Shown: in pieces, positions 48,436 through 58,231 of the stretch
Layout of the letters: every line of letters begins with the position of its first letter
Position numbering within the stretch: the stretch's first letter is position 1
Source of the DNA: Methanobacteriota archaeon
GTDB taxonomy: Archaea > JAADCQ01 > Methanopyri > Methanopyrales > Methanopyraceae
NCBI GenBank assembly: GCA_027064425.1
Contig: JAMOPO010000052.1
Location: 128,001 to 192,000, forward strand
Direction: 5' to 3'
Length of the DNA: 64,000 bases
Made by a program: the position numbers and the translations under genes
The notes under the pieces: model-generated
Database searches by the model: none
Told to the model about the DNA's origin: nothing
What the model saw: the letters and a program-made list of their open reading frames with translations, nothing else

Positions 48436-49346
48436 CTCGCGTGGCCGGTCTCCGCGAGCTCCCGGACCTCTTCTGTCGGGCCGTCGTGGTGGAGGTCCTG
48501 TCGGGCCCGAAGCCGGGGCTCGTGGATCCCGTCTCACCGAGCCCGCACCGGGACATGGGGCCCGGCGAGTTCTTCTCCTGTCTTCCCGAGCTGAACCGGT
48601 GCCTGCGCGAGGCACTGGAGCTGGGGCTAGACCGCGAGCCGGTGGAAGAGGTCGTGGATCTGATCCCCGCCTGGAACGTGGACGTGCTGACGGCGTCCTC
48701 CGGCCCGAACTCCGTGCGCGGGGTGCTGTTCCTGGGCGCCGTGTACTGCTACTCGGCCGGGTGGGAGGGGGACGTCTTCCCGTTCTCTCGGATCCGCGAG
48801 GTCGGGAGGCTCTGCGCGGAGAAGCTGTGGGACAGGACGGAGACGAAGTGCGGTCGAAGGCGAGTCCGAGAGGGATTAGCGGGAATCTTCGGCGAGGCGG
48901 CGTCCGGGCTTATGACCGCGAGGACGGTGTCGTTGTCCACCCTGGTCTCGGTGCTGCGCCGGGGCGGAACGCTTGAGGAGGCCGTCGTGCAGTCGGTCCT
49001 GGCCTGCATGTCCGTTCTGGAGGACGCCGGGCTCCCCCCGCGGACGCGGGAGTGGGTGAGGCGAAGGTCCCGCGAGGTGTTGGAGATGGGAGGGGTGTTG
49101 ACCCGGCGGGGTCGGGAGGAGCTCTGGTCCTTTGTGGAGGAGTGCGCACGGAGGGAGGTCAGCCCGGGCGCGTCGGGGGACGTGACGATCGTTGGGCTCG
49201 TGCTGCTCTTCCTCCGGTGGGGGAGGGACCTTTCCTCCCCGTATCTTGATCCTCCGGGACGGTGGGGTCGGGGAGCAGGTGGGGAGGACCGTTCGGGTCC
49301 TGGTGCGCGGGGACGGGACGCGGGTCGTGGCCTCTCGAGGGGATAG
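48432..49346 (+). CDS. citG: Triphosphoribosyl-dephospho-CoA synthase (CitG/MdcB family)
   Basis: EV..GPKPGLVDP....HRDM, NSVRGVLF, GIFGEAASG, SPGASGD. Confidence 0.85.
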   Translation: MTRVAGLRELPDLFCRAVVVEVLSGPKPGLVDPVSPSPHRDMGPGEFFSCLPELNRCLREALELGLDREPVEEVVDLIPAWNVDVLTASSGPNSVRGVLFLGAVYCYSAGWEGDVFPFSRIREVGRLCAEKLWDRTETKCGRRRVREGLAGIFGEAASGLMTARTVSLSTLVSVLRRGGTLEEAVVQSVLACMSVLEDAGLPPRTREWVRRRSREVLEMGGVLTRRGREELWSFVEECARREVSPGASGDVTIVGLVLLFLRWGRDLSSPYLDPPGRWGRGAGGEDRSGPGARGRDAGRGLSRG

Positions 49347-49863
49347 GAAGTTTTTTAAGCGAAGCGAGGTCGGGGTCGAGCGAGAGTTAACGCCGTGGGA
49401 GGCCTACCGGGAGATTTGTACCCGGCTGGAGCTTAACTCGCTGGAACCTCCCGAGGACGTCGGGCACCCGGTCGACCCCGAGACGGGGTACCGGGTGCTG
49501 GAGCTCCTGGACCTGTTATGGCGGTCCGGGATCGAGGGGCTGGGCGTAACCGGCACGGTGGGCTGCGCGGCACCCCTCCACGACCTTACGGTGGGGAATC
49601 CGGTCGGGTGGACGAGCCTCCGGGTGGCGAACCCCGGCTCCGACCTCGACTTAATAATCAGGGAGAAGGGAACTCTACGGGAGCTCCTGAACCTGGGCTT
49701 TAGAGTCGTCAGGCGACGGGGTGACGGGGCGCTCCTGTCCCCGGAGCGGGTCACGGGTTTCCGTACTCCTCTACTCGACGTGAGGTGGGGGTGCGACGTT
49801 GGCGGACGACCTGGACAGCCTCCTGCCGAAGACCTCAGAGAGCACCAGCCTGAGCACCCTTAA
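49279..49863 (+). CDS. MdcG-like phosphoribosyl-dephospho-CoA transferase (nucleotidyltransferase fold)
   Basis: GLGVTGTVG...GSDLDLIIR; upstream RG...R...TPWE; start uncertain. Confidence 0.6.
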   Translation: MGRTVRVLVRGDGTRVVASRGDRKFFKRSEVGVERELTPWEAYREICTRLELNSLEPPEDVGHPVDPETGYRVLELLDLLWRSGIEGLGVTGTVGCAAPLHDLTVGNPVGWTSLRVANPGSDLDLIIREKGTLRELLNLGFRVVRRRGDGALLSPERVTGFRTPLLDVRWGCDVGGRPGQPPAEDLREHQPEHP

Positions 49864-51262
49864 GAGCCTGAAGAACGCGCTCGAGGAGCTGGCTGGTAAG
49901 TCGGACTCGAACATCGAGGGACTGGTGGAGGCGCTGGACGACCTGATCACGCTGATGGAGAAGACCGGGGTGAAGGACCTCCGCGACCTCATCGAGGAGT
50001 TCAAGGACCTCAAGCAGGAGAAGAAGCGCCTGGAGGAGCTCCTGCAGGAGTACTTCAAGCGGCTTGAGGAGCTGGAGCGGAAGCTGAAGGCGCAGGAGGA
50101 GAAGCTCAGGATCGAGGCGCGGCGCCGGAAGACGCTGGAGAAGGAGCTGGAGATGGAGCGGGACGAGAAGGCCGAGCTGCGGGAGGAGCTCCGGCGGAAG
50201 GAGGTGATGATCGAGAAGCTCCGGAACGACCTGCAGCGGCTGAAGAAGCCGCCGCTGATCGTGGGCACGGTGGAGGAGGTGCTCGACGACGGCCGCGTCA
50301 TCGTCAAGAGCTCGACCGGGCCGAAGTTCGTCTCGAACGTCAGCCCAACCGTGGACAAGGACAAGATCGAGCCGGGCGCGAACGTGGCGCTGAACCAGCA
50401 GAGCATGGCCGTCGTCGACGTGCTGCCCTCGGAGAAGGACCCGCGGGTCACGGCCATGGAGGTGGAGGAGGATCCGGACGTCACGTACGACGACATCGGC
50501 GGCCTCGACAAGCAGATCCAAGAGATCCGAGAGGTCGTGGAGAAGCCGCTCAAGGAGCCCGAGCTGTTCGAGAAGGTCGGCGTCGAGCCGCCGAAGGGCG
50601 TGCTCCTGTACGGACCGCCCGGCACGGGTAAGACCCTGCTCGCCCGCGCGGTCGCTCACCACGCGGACGCGACGTTCATCCGGCTCGCCGCGCCCGAGCT
50701 CGTCCAGAAGTTCATCGGCGAGGGTGCCCGGCTGGTGCGCGAGCTGTTCGAGCTGGCTCGGGAGAAGGCTCCGAGCATCATCTTCATCGACGAGATCGAC
50801 GCCATCGGCGCCCGACGCATGCGGGACGCCACGAGCGGCGACCGCGAGGTGCAGCGGACGCTGACGCAGCTCCTGGCCGAGATGGACGGCTTCGACCCGC
50901 TCGACGACATCAAGGTCATCGCCGCGACCAACCGGAAGGACATCCTGGACCCGGCACTGCTCCGGCCCGGCCGGTTCGACCGGCACATCAAGATCCCGCT
51001 GCCGGACGAGGAGGGCCGCTACGAGATCTTCAAGATCCACACGCGGGACATGAACCTCGCCGACGACGTCGACCTGCGGAAGCTGGCCAAGATGACGGAG
51101 GGCGCCTCGGGCGCCGACATCAAGGCGATCTGCACCGAGGCCGGTATGATGGCCATCCGCGAGGACCGGGACGTCGTCACCATGCGCGACTTCGTGAAGG
51201 CCGTCGAGCGCGTCCTGGGCCAGCGAGAGGAGGAGGGAGAGTACAAGCGGGCGTACCACTAA
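49799..51262 (+). CDS. pan: Proteasome-activating nucleotidase
   Basis: Coiled coil, [35 protein letters not shown]-terminal HbYX-like AYH. Confidence 0.97.
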   Translation: MADDLDSLLPKTSESTSLSTLKSLKNALEELAGKSDSNIEGLVEALDDLITLMEKTGVKDLRDLIEEFKDLKQEKKRLEELLQEYFKRLEELERKLKAQEEKLRIEARRRKTLEKELEMERDEKAELREELRRKEVMIEKLRNDLQRLKKPPLIVGTVEEVLDDGRVIVKSSTGPKFVSNVSPTVDKDKIEPGANVALNQQSMAVVDVLPSEKDPRVTAMEVEEDPDVTYDDIGGLDKQIQEIREVVEKPLKEPELFEKVGVEPPKGVLLYGPPGTGKTLLARAVAHHADATFIRLAAPELVQKFIGEGARLVRELFELAREKAPSIIFIDEIDAIGARRMRDATSGDREVQRTLTQLLAEMDGFDPLDDIKVIAATNRKDILDPALLRPGRFDRHIKIPLPDEEGRYEIFKIHTRDMNLADDVDLRKLAKMTEGASGADIKAICTEAGMMAIREDRDVVTMRDFVKAVERVLGQREEEGEYKRAYH

Positions 51263-51352
51263 GGCACCACCGGCCCCCGCTCACCCAACGCCCCTCCGGA
51301 ACACCGGGAATGAAGAGGCGGTTGCTGGCGGACCGGGAAGGGATGATGAGTA

Positions 51353-52033
51353 GTGGGCGAGCGGACCTACCTGCGCGTCGGAAACCTCACCATCCGAGCC
51401 TACCCGCCGGATGAGGCCGTCGAGACCGTGCGCCGACTAGCCTCCGAGCTCGACACCGACGCCCCGGGTGAGCTGAAGGAGGCCGTCCCGGTCGACCTCC
51501 TCCAGTCCGACTTCTTCTCGCCCGAGGCCCGCGTTCTGATCGCCCACTCCGACCGCGGTCCCATCGGCTGCGTCGGCGCCGACCCCGACACCTCCAGGCA
51601 CCCGCACAACGTCTTCGGCCTGGTCGTCTCACCACGGGTCCGCAACCGTTACCAGACGGGGCATCTGCTCCTCGCCGCCGCGCTGCGCTTCCTGCGAGAG
51701 TCCGGGACCGAGGTCGCCCGGACCACCCCCATTCGGAGGGCCCTACCGTTCTTCACGGGGATCCGCGCCGACCCGACCCACGTCTGGAAGGAACTCGACC
51801 TTCGAGTAAAGTGGTACCGGCGGACCCGCGACGACGCCTTCTTGGACCTGTCCAGGGTGCCCGAGGAGCTGCGCGAGGAGCTCCTCTTGATGCGAGTAGA
51901 GACCGTGGACGCCCCGCGGGAGCCCACACCGTTCCACCGCCTGGACCCGGAGAGGCCCGTGCACACCTTCCGGTCGGGCGTGAGAGGATTCACCCTCACG
52001 GCCCGGCTGGGGGGAGCCGGAGGTGGAGGTTAG
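51353..52033 (+). CDS. GNAT-fold hypothetical protein
   Basis: IGCVG, GLVVSPRVRNRYQTGHLLL (motif A-like), ALPFF. Confidence 0.55.
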   Translation: MGERTYLRVGNLTIRAYPPDEAVETVRRLASELDTDAPGELKEAVPVDLLQSDFFSPEARVLIAHSDRGPIGCVGADPDTSRHPHNVFGLVVSPRVRNRYQTGHLLLAAALRFLRESGTEVARTTPIRRALPFFTGIRADPTHVWKELDLRVKWYRRTRDDAFLDLSRVPEELREELLLMRVETVDAPREPTPFHRLDPERPVHTFRSGVRGFTLTARLGGAGGGG

Positions 52034-52742
52034 CATCATCCTGCCGACGTACAACGAGCGCGAGAACCTGCCCAGGATCGTCCCGGAGATCGAGCGGGTG
52101 ATCGACCGCGAAGGTTGGGACGCGGAGATCCTAGTCGTGGACGATGACTCACCGGACGGGACCGCGGAGGTGGCCAAGGAGCTGGCGGAGGAGTACGGCA
52201 ACATCCGCGTCATCGTTCGCAAGGAGCGGCCCGGGCTGGGACTCGCCTACCGCCGAGGCTTCCGGGAGGCGGAGGGTGACGTCGTCGTCTGCATGGACGC
52301 CGACGGTCAGCACCCGCCCGAGCACCTGCCGGACATCGTGAACCCGGTCCTCGACGGAGAGTGTGACTTCGGGCTGGGTTCTCGGTACGTGGAGGGGGCT
52401 CGGGTCGAAAACTTCCCGTGGTACCGCCGGCTGAACTCCTGGGGCGCGCGGCTCGTAGCCAAGCTCCTCCTGAGGCTCCCCTACCGCGACCCTACCAGCG
52501 GCTTCCGGGCCATTCGGCGGGAGATCCTGGAGGAGGGGAGACCGTTCGTCTCCGAGGGCTTCGAGATCCAGGTGGAGACGCTGGCCAAGGCTCACCACCT
52601 CGGGTACGAGGTTCGGGAGGTCCCATTCACGTTCAAGCCCCGGGAGCGGGGGTCCTCGAACGTCGACCTCCAGCAGATCCTGCGCTACCTGCGCGGCGTG
52701 CTGAGAATCCGCAGGGACCTTCGTCAGCGGGGTCTCCTGTAA
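52023..52742 (+). CDS. Polyprenol-phosphate glycosyltransferase (GT2, DPM1-like)
   Basis: ILPTYNEREN, VDDDSPDGT, MDADGQH, GSRY, DPTSGFR. Confidence 0.93.
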   Translation: MEVSIILPTYNERENLPRIVPEIERVIDREGWDAEILVVDDDSPDGTAEVAKELAEEYGNIRVIVRKERPGLGLAYRRGFREAEGDVVVCMDADGQHPPEHLPDIVNPVLDGECDFGLGSRYVEGARVENFPWYRRLNSWGARLVAKLLLRLPYRDPTSGFRAIRREILEEGRPFVSEGFEIQVETLAKAHHLGYEVREVPFTFKPRERGSSNVDLQQILRYLRGVLRIRRDLRQRGLL

Positions 52743-52744
52743 AC

Positions 52745-52752
52745 GATATATC
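52745..52752 (+). promoter_or_regulatory. Putative TATA box for the oxidoreductase-MgtE operon
   Basis: GATATATC after AAAC, about 33 nt upstream of ATG 52785. Confidence 0.45.
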
Positions 52753-52784
52753 AGGCGTCCCCGTCGGCCCGCCCGGGCCCCGCG

Positions 52785-54122
52785 ATGCGCGTGGTGGTCG
52801 TCGGCGGAGGGGCGGCCGGCATCACCGCCGCCCGAACCGCCCGGGAGCTGGGCGCGGAGGTCACGCTGATCACCGAGGACGATCGAGTCGCGTACTCCCC
52901 CTGCGCCATCCCGTTCGTTCTTTCGGGTGAGATCGAGGACGCCGATTCCATCGTCATGCGAGACCCGGAGTACTACGAGCGGCTGGGCATCAACCTGAGG
53001 CTCGAGACGAGGGTTGAGGAGGTGGACCCGGAGGAGGGGATCGTTGAGACCGAGGACGAGACGTTCGAGTTCGACGCGGCGGTCCTGGCCGTGGGTGGGG
53101 AGCCACTGATCCCTCCCATCGAGGGGTCGGACCTCGACGGCGTCCTCACCGTCCGCTGGTTCTCGGACATCGAGCGGCTGGAGCGGGCCGTTCAGTCCGC
53201 CGAGCGGGCGGTGGTGGTCGGGGCCGGCCCCATCGGCGTTGAGATGGCGCACGCGCTGCGCAGCCGCGGGCTCGAAGTAACCCTGGTCGAGATGCTGGAT
53301 CGAGTCCTCCCCCAGCTGCTGGACGGCGACACCGCCGCGGAGCTGCAAGAGGTGATGGAGAAGGAGGGCGTCCGGGTCCTGCTGGGCGACCCCGTCGAGA
53401 GGATCGAGGGCGACGAGTCGGTGGAGGCGGTGGTGGTGGGCGGCGAGGAGATCGAGGCGGATCTCGTGGTCATGGCGGCGGGGGTTCGTCCTCGAACCGA
53501 GCTCTTTGAGGCGATGGGCGCCTCGGTTACCCCGTTCGGCGTCGAGGTTGACCCGGCCCTCCGGGTCAAGTCCGAGGATGGGGGCGTCATGGAGGGCGTT
53601 TACGCGGCCGGAGACTGCGTGGCCGACTGGTGCCCGATCACCGGAGAAACCGTGCCCAGCCAGCTCGGGACGGTGGCCGTGCGTCAGGGCCGCATCGCCG
53701 GCAGGAACGCCGTCGAGGGGCCGAAGATCACCTGGCCCGGGACGCTCAACACCGCGGTGGTCTGCGCGTTCGGTCTGGAGGCGGCCGGGTGCGGTCTCAC
53801 GGAGGCCAGGGCTGAGGAGGTCGGGATGGAGGTGGTCTCGGCGACCGTCAGCACGACGACTCGGGCCCGGTACTACCCGGGCGGTGAGGAGATCACGGTG
53901 AAGCTCATCGCCGACGCTTACACCCACCGGATCGTGGGCGCGCAGGCGGTGGGGGGAGAGCGGGTCAGGGAGCGCGTGGACGCGATCGCGCTGGCGATCC
54001 GGCTGGGAGCGAAGGTGGAGGACCTCCTATCGTGGGACTACTCGTACTCGCCCCCGGTCGCCCGGGTGGTGGAACCCTTCTACGAGGCCGCGGAGCGGCT
54101 CCGGGAGGAGCTCAAGGGATGA
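52785..54122 (+). CDS. NADH oxidase / CoA-disulfide reductase-family flavoprotein
   Basis: GGGAAG, single redox Cys YSPCAIP, GAGPIG.E, YAAGDC, YSPP. Confidence 0.9.
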   Translation: MRVVVVGGGAAGITAARTARELGAEVTLITEDDRVAYSPCAIPFVLSGEIEDADSIVMRDPEYYERLGINLRLETRVEEVDPEEGIVETEDETFEFDAAVLAVGGEPLIPPIEGSDLDGVLTVRWFSDIERLERAVQSAERAVVVGAGPIGVEMAHALRSRGLEVTLVEMLDRVLPQLLDGDTAAELQEVMEKEGVRVLLGDPVERIEGDESVEAVVVGGEEIEADLVVMAAGVRPRTELFEAMGASVTPFGVEVDPALRVKSEDGGVMEGVYAAGDCVADWCPITGETVPSQLGTVAVRQGRIAGRNAVEGPKITWPGTLNTAVVCAFGLEAAGCGLTEARAEEVGMEVVSATVSTTTRARYYPGGEEITVKLIADAYTHRIVGAQAVGGERVRERVDAIALAIRLGAKVEDLLSWDYSYSPPVARVVEPFYEAAERLREELKG

Positions 54123-54631
54123 ACCTGCGCCGTGATCTCCTCGCCGCCTTTTCCTCGCTGATGGCGCTGGTCGTGATGGAATCATTCACGGGGTTCACCC
54201 TGGAGGCGCTGAAGGCCAAGTGGGCCAGGCACCCGGAGCTGCTGGCGATGCTGCCCGCGCTGATGGACTTTCGCGGGAACGTCGCCCTGGCTCACTCCGC
54301 CAGGATGACCACCGCGGAGCACCTGGGAGACTCGCGCCGGGTCATGATGGGCTCCGCGGCCGCGCTCCTAACGAGCTTCTTCGTGCCGCCCATCATCGCG
54401 CTCGTGACGCACTGGTCCTACGGTGGCAGTCTCAGCACGCTGGTCGCGGTGGCGCTGCTGACGGTCCTCTCCGTGGCCGCCGCGGTGACCCCGGCCACGA
54501 TCGGCGTGGTGAGGATCGCCGTGAGGTGGGGCGTGGACCCGGACAGGGTGGCGCCCGCCGTGACGACGGCGCTGTCCGACGTACTCACCGTCGTCCTCCT
54601 GTTCACCCTGGCGGAGGTGATCTTCCGTTGA
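54119..54631 (+). CDS. MgtE/SLC41-type divalent cation transporter, membrane half 1
   Basis: LPALMDFRGNV...SAR, GVDPD...P..TALSD. Confidence 0.8.
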   Translation: MNLRRDLLAAFSSLMALVVMESFTGFTLEALKAKWARHPELLAMLPALMDFRGNVALAHSARMTTAEHLGDSRRVMMGSAAALLTSFFVPPIIALVTHWSYGGSLSTLVAVALLTVLSVAAAVTPATIGVVRIAVRWGVDPDRVAPAVTTALSDVLTVVLLFTLAEVIFR

Positions 54632-55140
54632 GGCGGGAACTGCTGAGCGTCCTGGCCTCGATGCTTCTGGTGTCCGCCCTGCTGGCCGCCTGGAGCTCCT
54701 ACGTGGGGTCCTTTTTGGCCCGGCTCGAGGCCAAGCTGGAGCACAACCCCGGGCTGGCGGCCGTGCTGCCGGTGCTTATGGCCACCACCGGGGCGGCGGC
54801 CGCGTCCTTCGGCAGCAAGCTCTCCACCCGCGTCCACCTCGGCACGGTCAGCGCCCGCAGGCTGGTGTACGACGCCGCCGTTCAGGCACTCGCGCTGATC
54901 CTGGCCATGTCCGCGTACACGACCCTGGTCACGACCGTCTTCTCGGGCCAGCTGTCCCTCGTGCGCACGGTTCTAGAGTCCACGGTCCTGACGTACCTGC
55001 TCGCGGTGTTCGTTGCGCTGGTCTCCACTTTCGCGAGCGTGAAGCTGGGCCTCGACCCGGACGACGTGGTGGGTCCCATCGTGACCACGGCGGCCGACTC
55101 CGCGGGCATCGTGATCACGCTACTCCTCTCGCCGGGGTAG
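54628..55140 (+). CDS. MgtE/SLC41-type divalent cation transporter, membrane half 2
   Basis: LPVLMATTG...GSKLST..HLG, GLDPDDVVGPIVTTAAD; TTGA overlap with half 1. Confidence 0.8.
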   Translation: MRRELLSVLASMLLVSALLAAWSSYVGSFLARLEAKLEHNPGLAAVLPVLMATTGAAAASFGSKLSTRVHLGTVSARRLVYDAAVQALALILAMSAYTTLVTTVFSGQLSLVRTVLESTVLTYLLAVFVALVSTFASVKLGLDPDDVVGPIVTTAADSAGIVITLLLSPG

Positions 55141-55145
55141 GGACG

Positions 55146-55763
55146 TTGAGCGAGGCCGAGGAGAAGGACATGGAGCGCATCGAGGAGATCCTCAAGCGCC
55201 GGACCGTCGTCGACCTGCTGACCGAGATGAAGAACCTGGCGCAGCTCTCCGTGGACCTGGCCTACGCCGTGCTGCTGTTCGGCAGCGAGGAGCTGGCCGA
55301 GGAGGTGAAGAGGATCGAGTCCAGGATCGACGAGCTCTCGCTGTCGCTGAAGGCCAAGCTGGCCCTGGCGGTCCGCAGCGTCGAGGACGTGCGGAAACTG
55401 CTCCCGCTCATGGAGCTGGCCCAGTCCATGGAGGTCATCACCGACGCGGCCAACGACGTCGCCGAGACCGTCGCGATGGGCGCCGAGCCGCACCCGATCG
55501 TTAAGGAGGCGATCGCGAAGTCCGAGGAGAAGTTCAAGCTCGTACGCGTGGAGGAGGGGTCCGAGCTCGACGGGCGAACCCTCGGCGAGCTGAAGCTGGC
55601 CAGCAAGACGGGGATGCACGTGGTCGCCATCCGGCGCGGGCGGACCTGGATCGTGGGTCCCGACAAGCACACCGAGATCCGCGCCGGGGACGTGCTCATC
55701 GTCCGGGGCCGGGAGGAGGGGTTCAAGAGGTTGAAGCGCATGGCCCGGGGGTCACCCGAGTGA
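55146..55763 (+). CDS. PhoU-like plus TrkA-C (RCK_C) domain protein
   Basis: EMKNL...VDLAY, EVITDAA.DVA, GSELDGRTLGEL...G..VVAIRRG, GDVLIVRG. Confidence 0.85.
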   Translation: MSEAEEKDMERIEEILKRRTVVDLLTEMKNLAQLSVDLAYAVLLFGSEELAEEVKRIESRIDELSLSLKAKLALAVRSVEDVRKLLPLMELAQSMEVITDAANDVAETVAMGAEPHPIVKEAIAKSEEKFKLVRVEEGSELDGRTLGELKLASKTGMHVVAIRRGRTWIVGPDKHTEIRAGDVLIVRGREEGFKRLKRMARGSPE

Positions 55764-56056
55764 GCGAGTGGGAGACTCGACGTGAGAAGATCATCCGACT
55801 GCTGACGGAGTCCAAGGAGCCTCTAACCCTGGACGAGATTGCGGCGATGGTGGGAGAAGAGGACCGCCGCAAGGTCATCGAGGATCTGGAGCACATCGCC
55901 AAGACCGTCCGGAAGGAGGGTAAGCGGCTTCTAATGGAGCCCGCCCGGTGCAACAAGTGCGGCTACGTGTTCAAGAGCGCCCGGGTCCGGCCCCCATCCA
56001 GGTGCCCGCGCTGCAAGTCCGAGTGGATCCAGCCTCCGCGATTCACGATCAGGTAA
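55760..56056 (+). CDS. HTH plus Zn-ribbon transcriptional regulator (COG3357-like)
   Basis: TRREKII, EDLEHIAK, PARCNKCGYVF, PSRCPRCKSEWI. Confidence 0.85.
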   Translation: MSEWETRREKIIRLLTESKEPLTLDEIAAMVGEEDRRKVIEDLEHIAKTVRKEGKRLLMEPARCNKCGYVFKSARVRPPSRCPRCKSEWIQPPRFTIR

Positions 56057-56058
56057 CG

Positions 56059-56643
56059 CTAGGACTCGTGCAGCAGCCTCAGATGGTACTCCAGCTGCCG
56101 CCCCCCGACGGGCACGTGCAGGTAATCCCCGACCACCCGGGCCCGGCCCAAGGTCTCAACACCCGACTCGGTGGCCTTGACGACCTCCAGCTCCTCCGTC
56201 ACCGCAACCATCTCACCGGGCCGGGTGAACCCCAGGGGTCGGCACCTCACGCCATCGACCTCCAGGTACCCGGACTGCATGTTGAAGGCGATCCGGTCCC
56301 ACCGGATCCAAACACCGTCCCGCTCCCCGGTCACGATCAGGCTCTCGTACGTCCTGACCTCGAAGTTCCGGCCGAAGAACGCCAGGACGTATCTCCCGCG
56401 AACCCGCCGGACGTCCAGGTAGACCTCTCCGACCCGTCGGTGCGGGACCACCGACGGGACCACGATCCCGCGGCCCACCTTCCGCACGCGCACCGGCTCG
56501 ACCAGCGCACCCTCCTCTGCGCGCACGGGTACCACGTAATACCCGGCCTTAGACTCTACGGAGACTAAACACATCGTTCCGAACTTCTCCAGCCCCGCCA
56601 CCCGGCCCAGCTTGACGTAATCGTCGTGGGAGCGGGTCATCAC
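56059..56643 (-). CDS. Hypothetical protein (beta-rich)
   Basis: ORF coupled to the upstream gene; GGAGGTG SD. Confidence 0.55.
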   Translation of the reverse strand: MMTRSHDDYVKLGRVAGLEKFGTMCLVSVESKAGYYVVPVRAEEGALVEPVRVRKVGRGIVVPSVVPHRRVGEVYLDVRRVRGRYVLAFFGRNFEVRTYESLIVTGERDGVWIRWDRIAFNMQSGYLEVDGVRCRPLGFTRPGEMVAVTEELEVVKATESGVETLGRARVVGDYLHVPVGGRQLEYHLRLLHES

Positions 56644-57452
56644 CTCCTATTTCCAACCCCCTGCACCGCACCGGAGGCTCCTGCACGTTCTTGGGGACGT
56701 ACATCATCGAGCACGGCCCCCTCCACCTCCACGACCCGCTCCACGAGACCCGTCACGATCTCCGAGGTCCTACCCAGCACCACCGCGGGGCTCCAGCTGA
56801 ACATCCGATAGCCCGTGTTCCGGGAGGTCAGCACGCCGGCCGCTTCCAGCGCGTCGAGTATCCTCGTCCCCAGGCTGAACCGGCGCAGGTCGGGGCACAG
56901 GTCTCGGAGGATCTCCGTGGCTGAGAGGTAGTCGGAGCGTACCTTCCTCACGTCCCACTCCGCGATCTTGGCCAGGATCCTGGACTTAACCTGCCCCACG
57001 AACGAGCGGACGTTCTCCTCCATCGCGTCCGCCCTCACACCCTCCGCGGCCGGACACTTCCCGTGAGGCGGCCAGGACGTCAGCTCGTCGCCGTCCTCTC
57101 CCGACCTTACAAACTCGACCTCCACTTCGCGGCGCAGGCTGGCCGGGAGGAAGTCCAGGAACACCTGGGAGTACACCAGGAGGGTCGCCTCCTGGGCTCG
57201 ATCCGCGATCGTAGAGACCACGTTGTAAACCTTCGATCGCAGGGTGCGCAGAGGATCCCCATCCGCGCAGCCCAGCCACTCGTGGGCGGCGGGCACGTCG
57301 ATGTGAGCCACCACCAGCCGCTCTACATCGGGCTCGATCCCGGCGGTGATCCCCGACAGGGAGGTCGCGTCCGACACGTCGAGGAGCTCACAGTTCTCGG
57401 GCAGCGCGCCCTCGGGGTCGTAACACGGCGGGCAGACTATTACTCTTAGCAC
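56640..57452 (-). CDS. Hypothetical protein, possible C-terminal winged helix
   Basis: SATEIL...RILDALEAAGVL pattern. Confidence 0.55.
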   Translation of the reverse strand: MLRVIVCPPCYDPEGALPENCELLDVSDATSLSGITAGIEPDVERLVVAHIDVPAAHEWLGCADGDPLRTLRSKVYNVVSTIADRAQEATLLVYSQVFLDFLPASLRREVEVEFVRSGEDGDELTSWPPHGKCPAAEGVRADAMEENVRSFVGQVKSRILAKIAEWDVRKVRSDYLSATEILRDLCPDLRRFSLGTRILDALEAAGVLTSRNTGYRMFSWSPAVVLGRTSEIVTGLVERVVEVEGAVLDDVRPQERAGASGAVQGVGNRR

Positions 57453-57454
57453 GG

Positions 57455-58225
57455 TTAGCCCTCCCCACCCGTCCTCAGTAACAACTTGCCTCCGTGCAGT
57501 ATTACATCTTCGCTTGAGAACCAGTCCTCCTCCTCATCCAGACGGTCCAAGTTGACGTTCCGGTACTCCACCTTCCAGAGCACCAGCCCGCCCGCGGGCA
57601 TGCACCTGGGCTTCTCGTCCGGCCGGTAGTCGCCGGAGAGCAGGCGGTCCGCATCCTCCGGCTCCCGGTCCCCCCGCCCCACCTCCCACACGAACCCCGC
57701 CATCCTCCGGACCATCTCCCACAGGAACCGCTCGGCCCGGACGCGTAGAACGTAGCGACCGGGAACCCACTCCACGACCTCGCACTCCTCAACGCGCACG
57801 CGCGGGTCCCGGCCGTCCTCCCGCCTGAAGGCCGAGAAGTCGTGCTCACCGACCAGCCTCTCCGCGGCCTCCCGGGCCTCCTCCGGGCGGTCCAGCGGGC
57901 CCAGGAAGTACCGGTACTCCTTAGCCACGGCGTCCCGCCGGGGGTCGAAGCCCGAGGGCACGCGCGCGGTCGCCACCACCCGGATGTCCTCCGGTAGCCG
58001 GGCGTTGAGGGCGCCGGGCACCGCCCTCTCGATCTCGCCCCTCACCGTCACGACCTGGTAACGCGCGTGAGCTCCGGCGTCCGTCCTCGAGGCGTACCCG
58101 ACCAGCTCGAGCTTCAGGTCCGACAGCGCCCGCCTCAGCTCCCCTTCCACCGTGGGCACGTCGGGCTGATACTGAAACCCGTGGTAATTCGTCCCGTCGT
58201 AGGCGACTCGGAGGGCCGCGAGCAC
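57455..58225 (-). CDS. truA: tRNA pseudouridine(38-40) synthase
   Basis: AYDGTNYHGFQ, SRTDAGAHA, GEHDFSAF, FLWEMVRR. Confidence 0.95.
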   Translation of the reverse strand: MLAALRVAYDGTNYHGFQYQPDVPTVEGELRRALSDLKLELVGYASRTDAGAHARYQVVTVRGEIERAVPGALNARLPEDIRVVATARVPSGFDPRRDAVAKEYRYFLGPLDRPEEAREAAERLVGEHDFSAFRREDGRDPRVRVEECEVVEWVPGRYVLRVRAERFLWEMVRRMAGFVWEVGRGDREPEDADRLLSGDYRPDEKPRCMPAGGLVLWKVEYRNVNLDRLDEEEDWFSSEDVILHGGKLLLRTGGEG

Positions 58226-58231
58226 CTCGGC

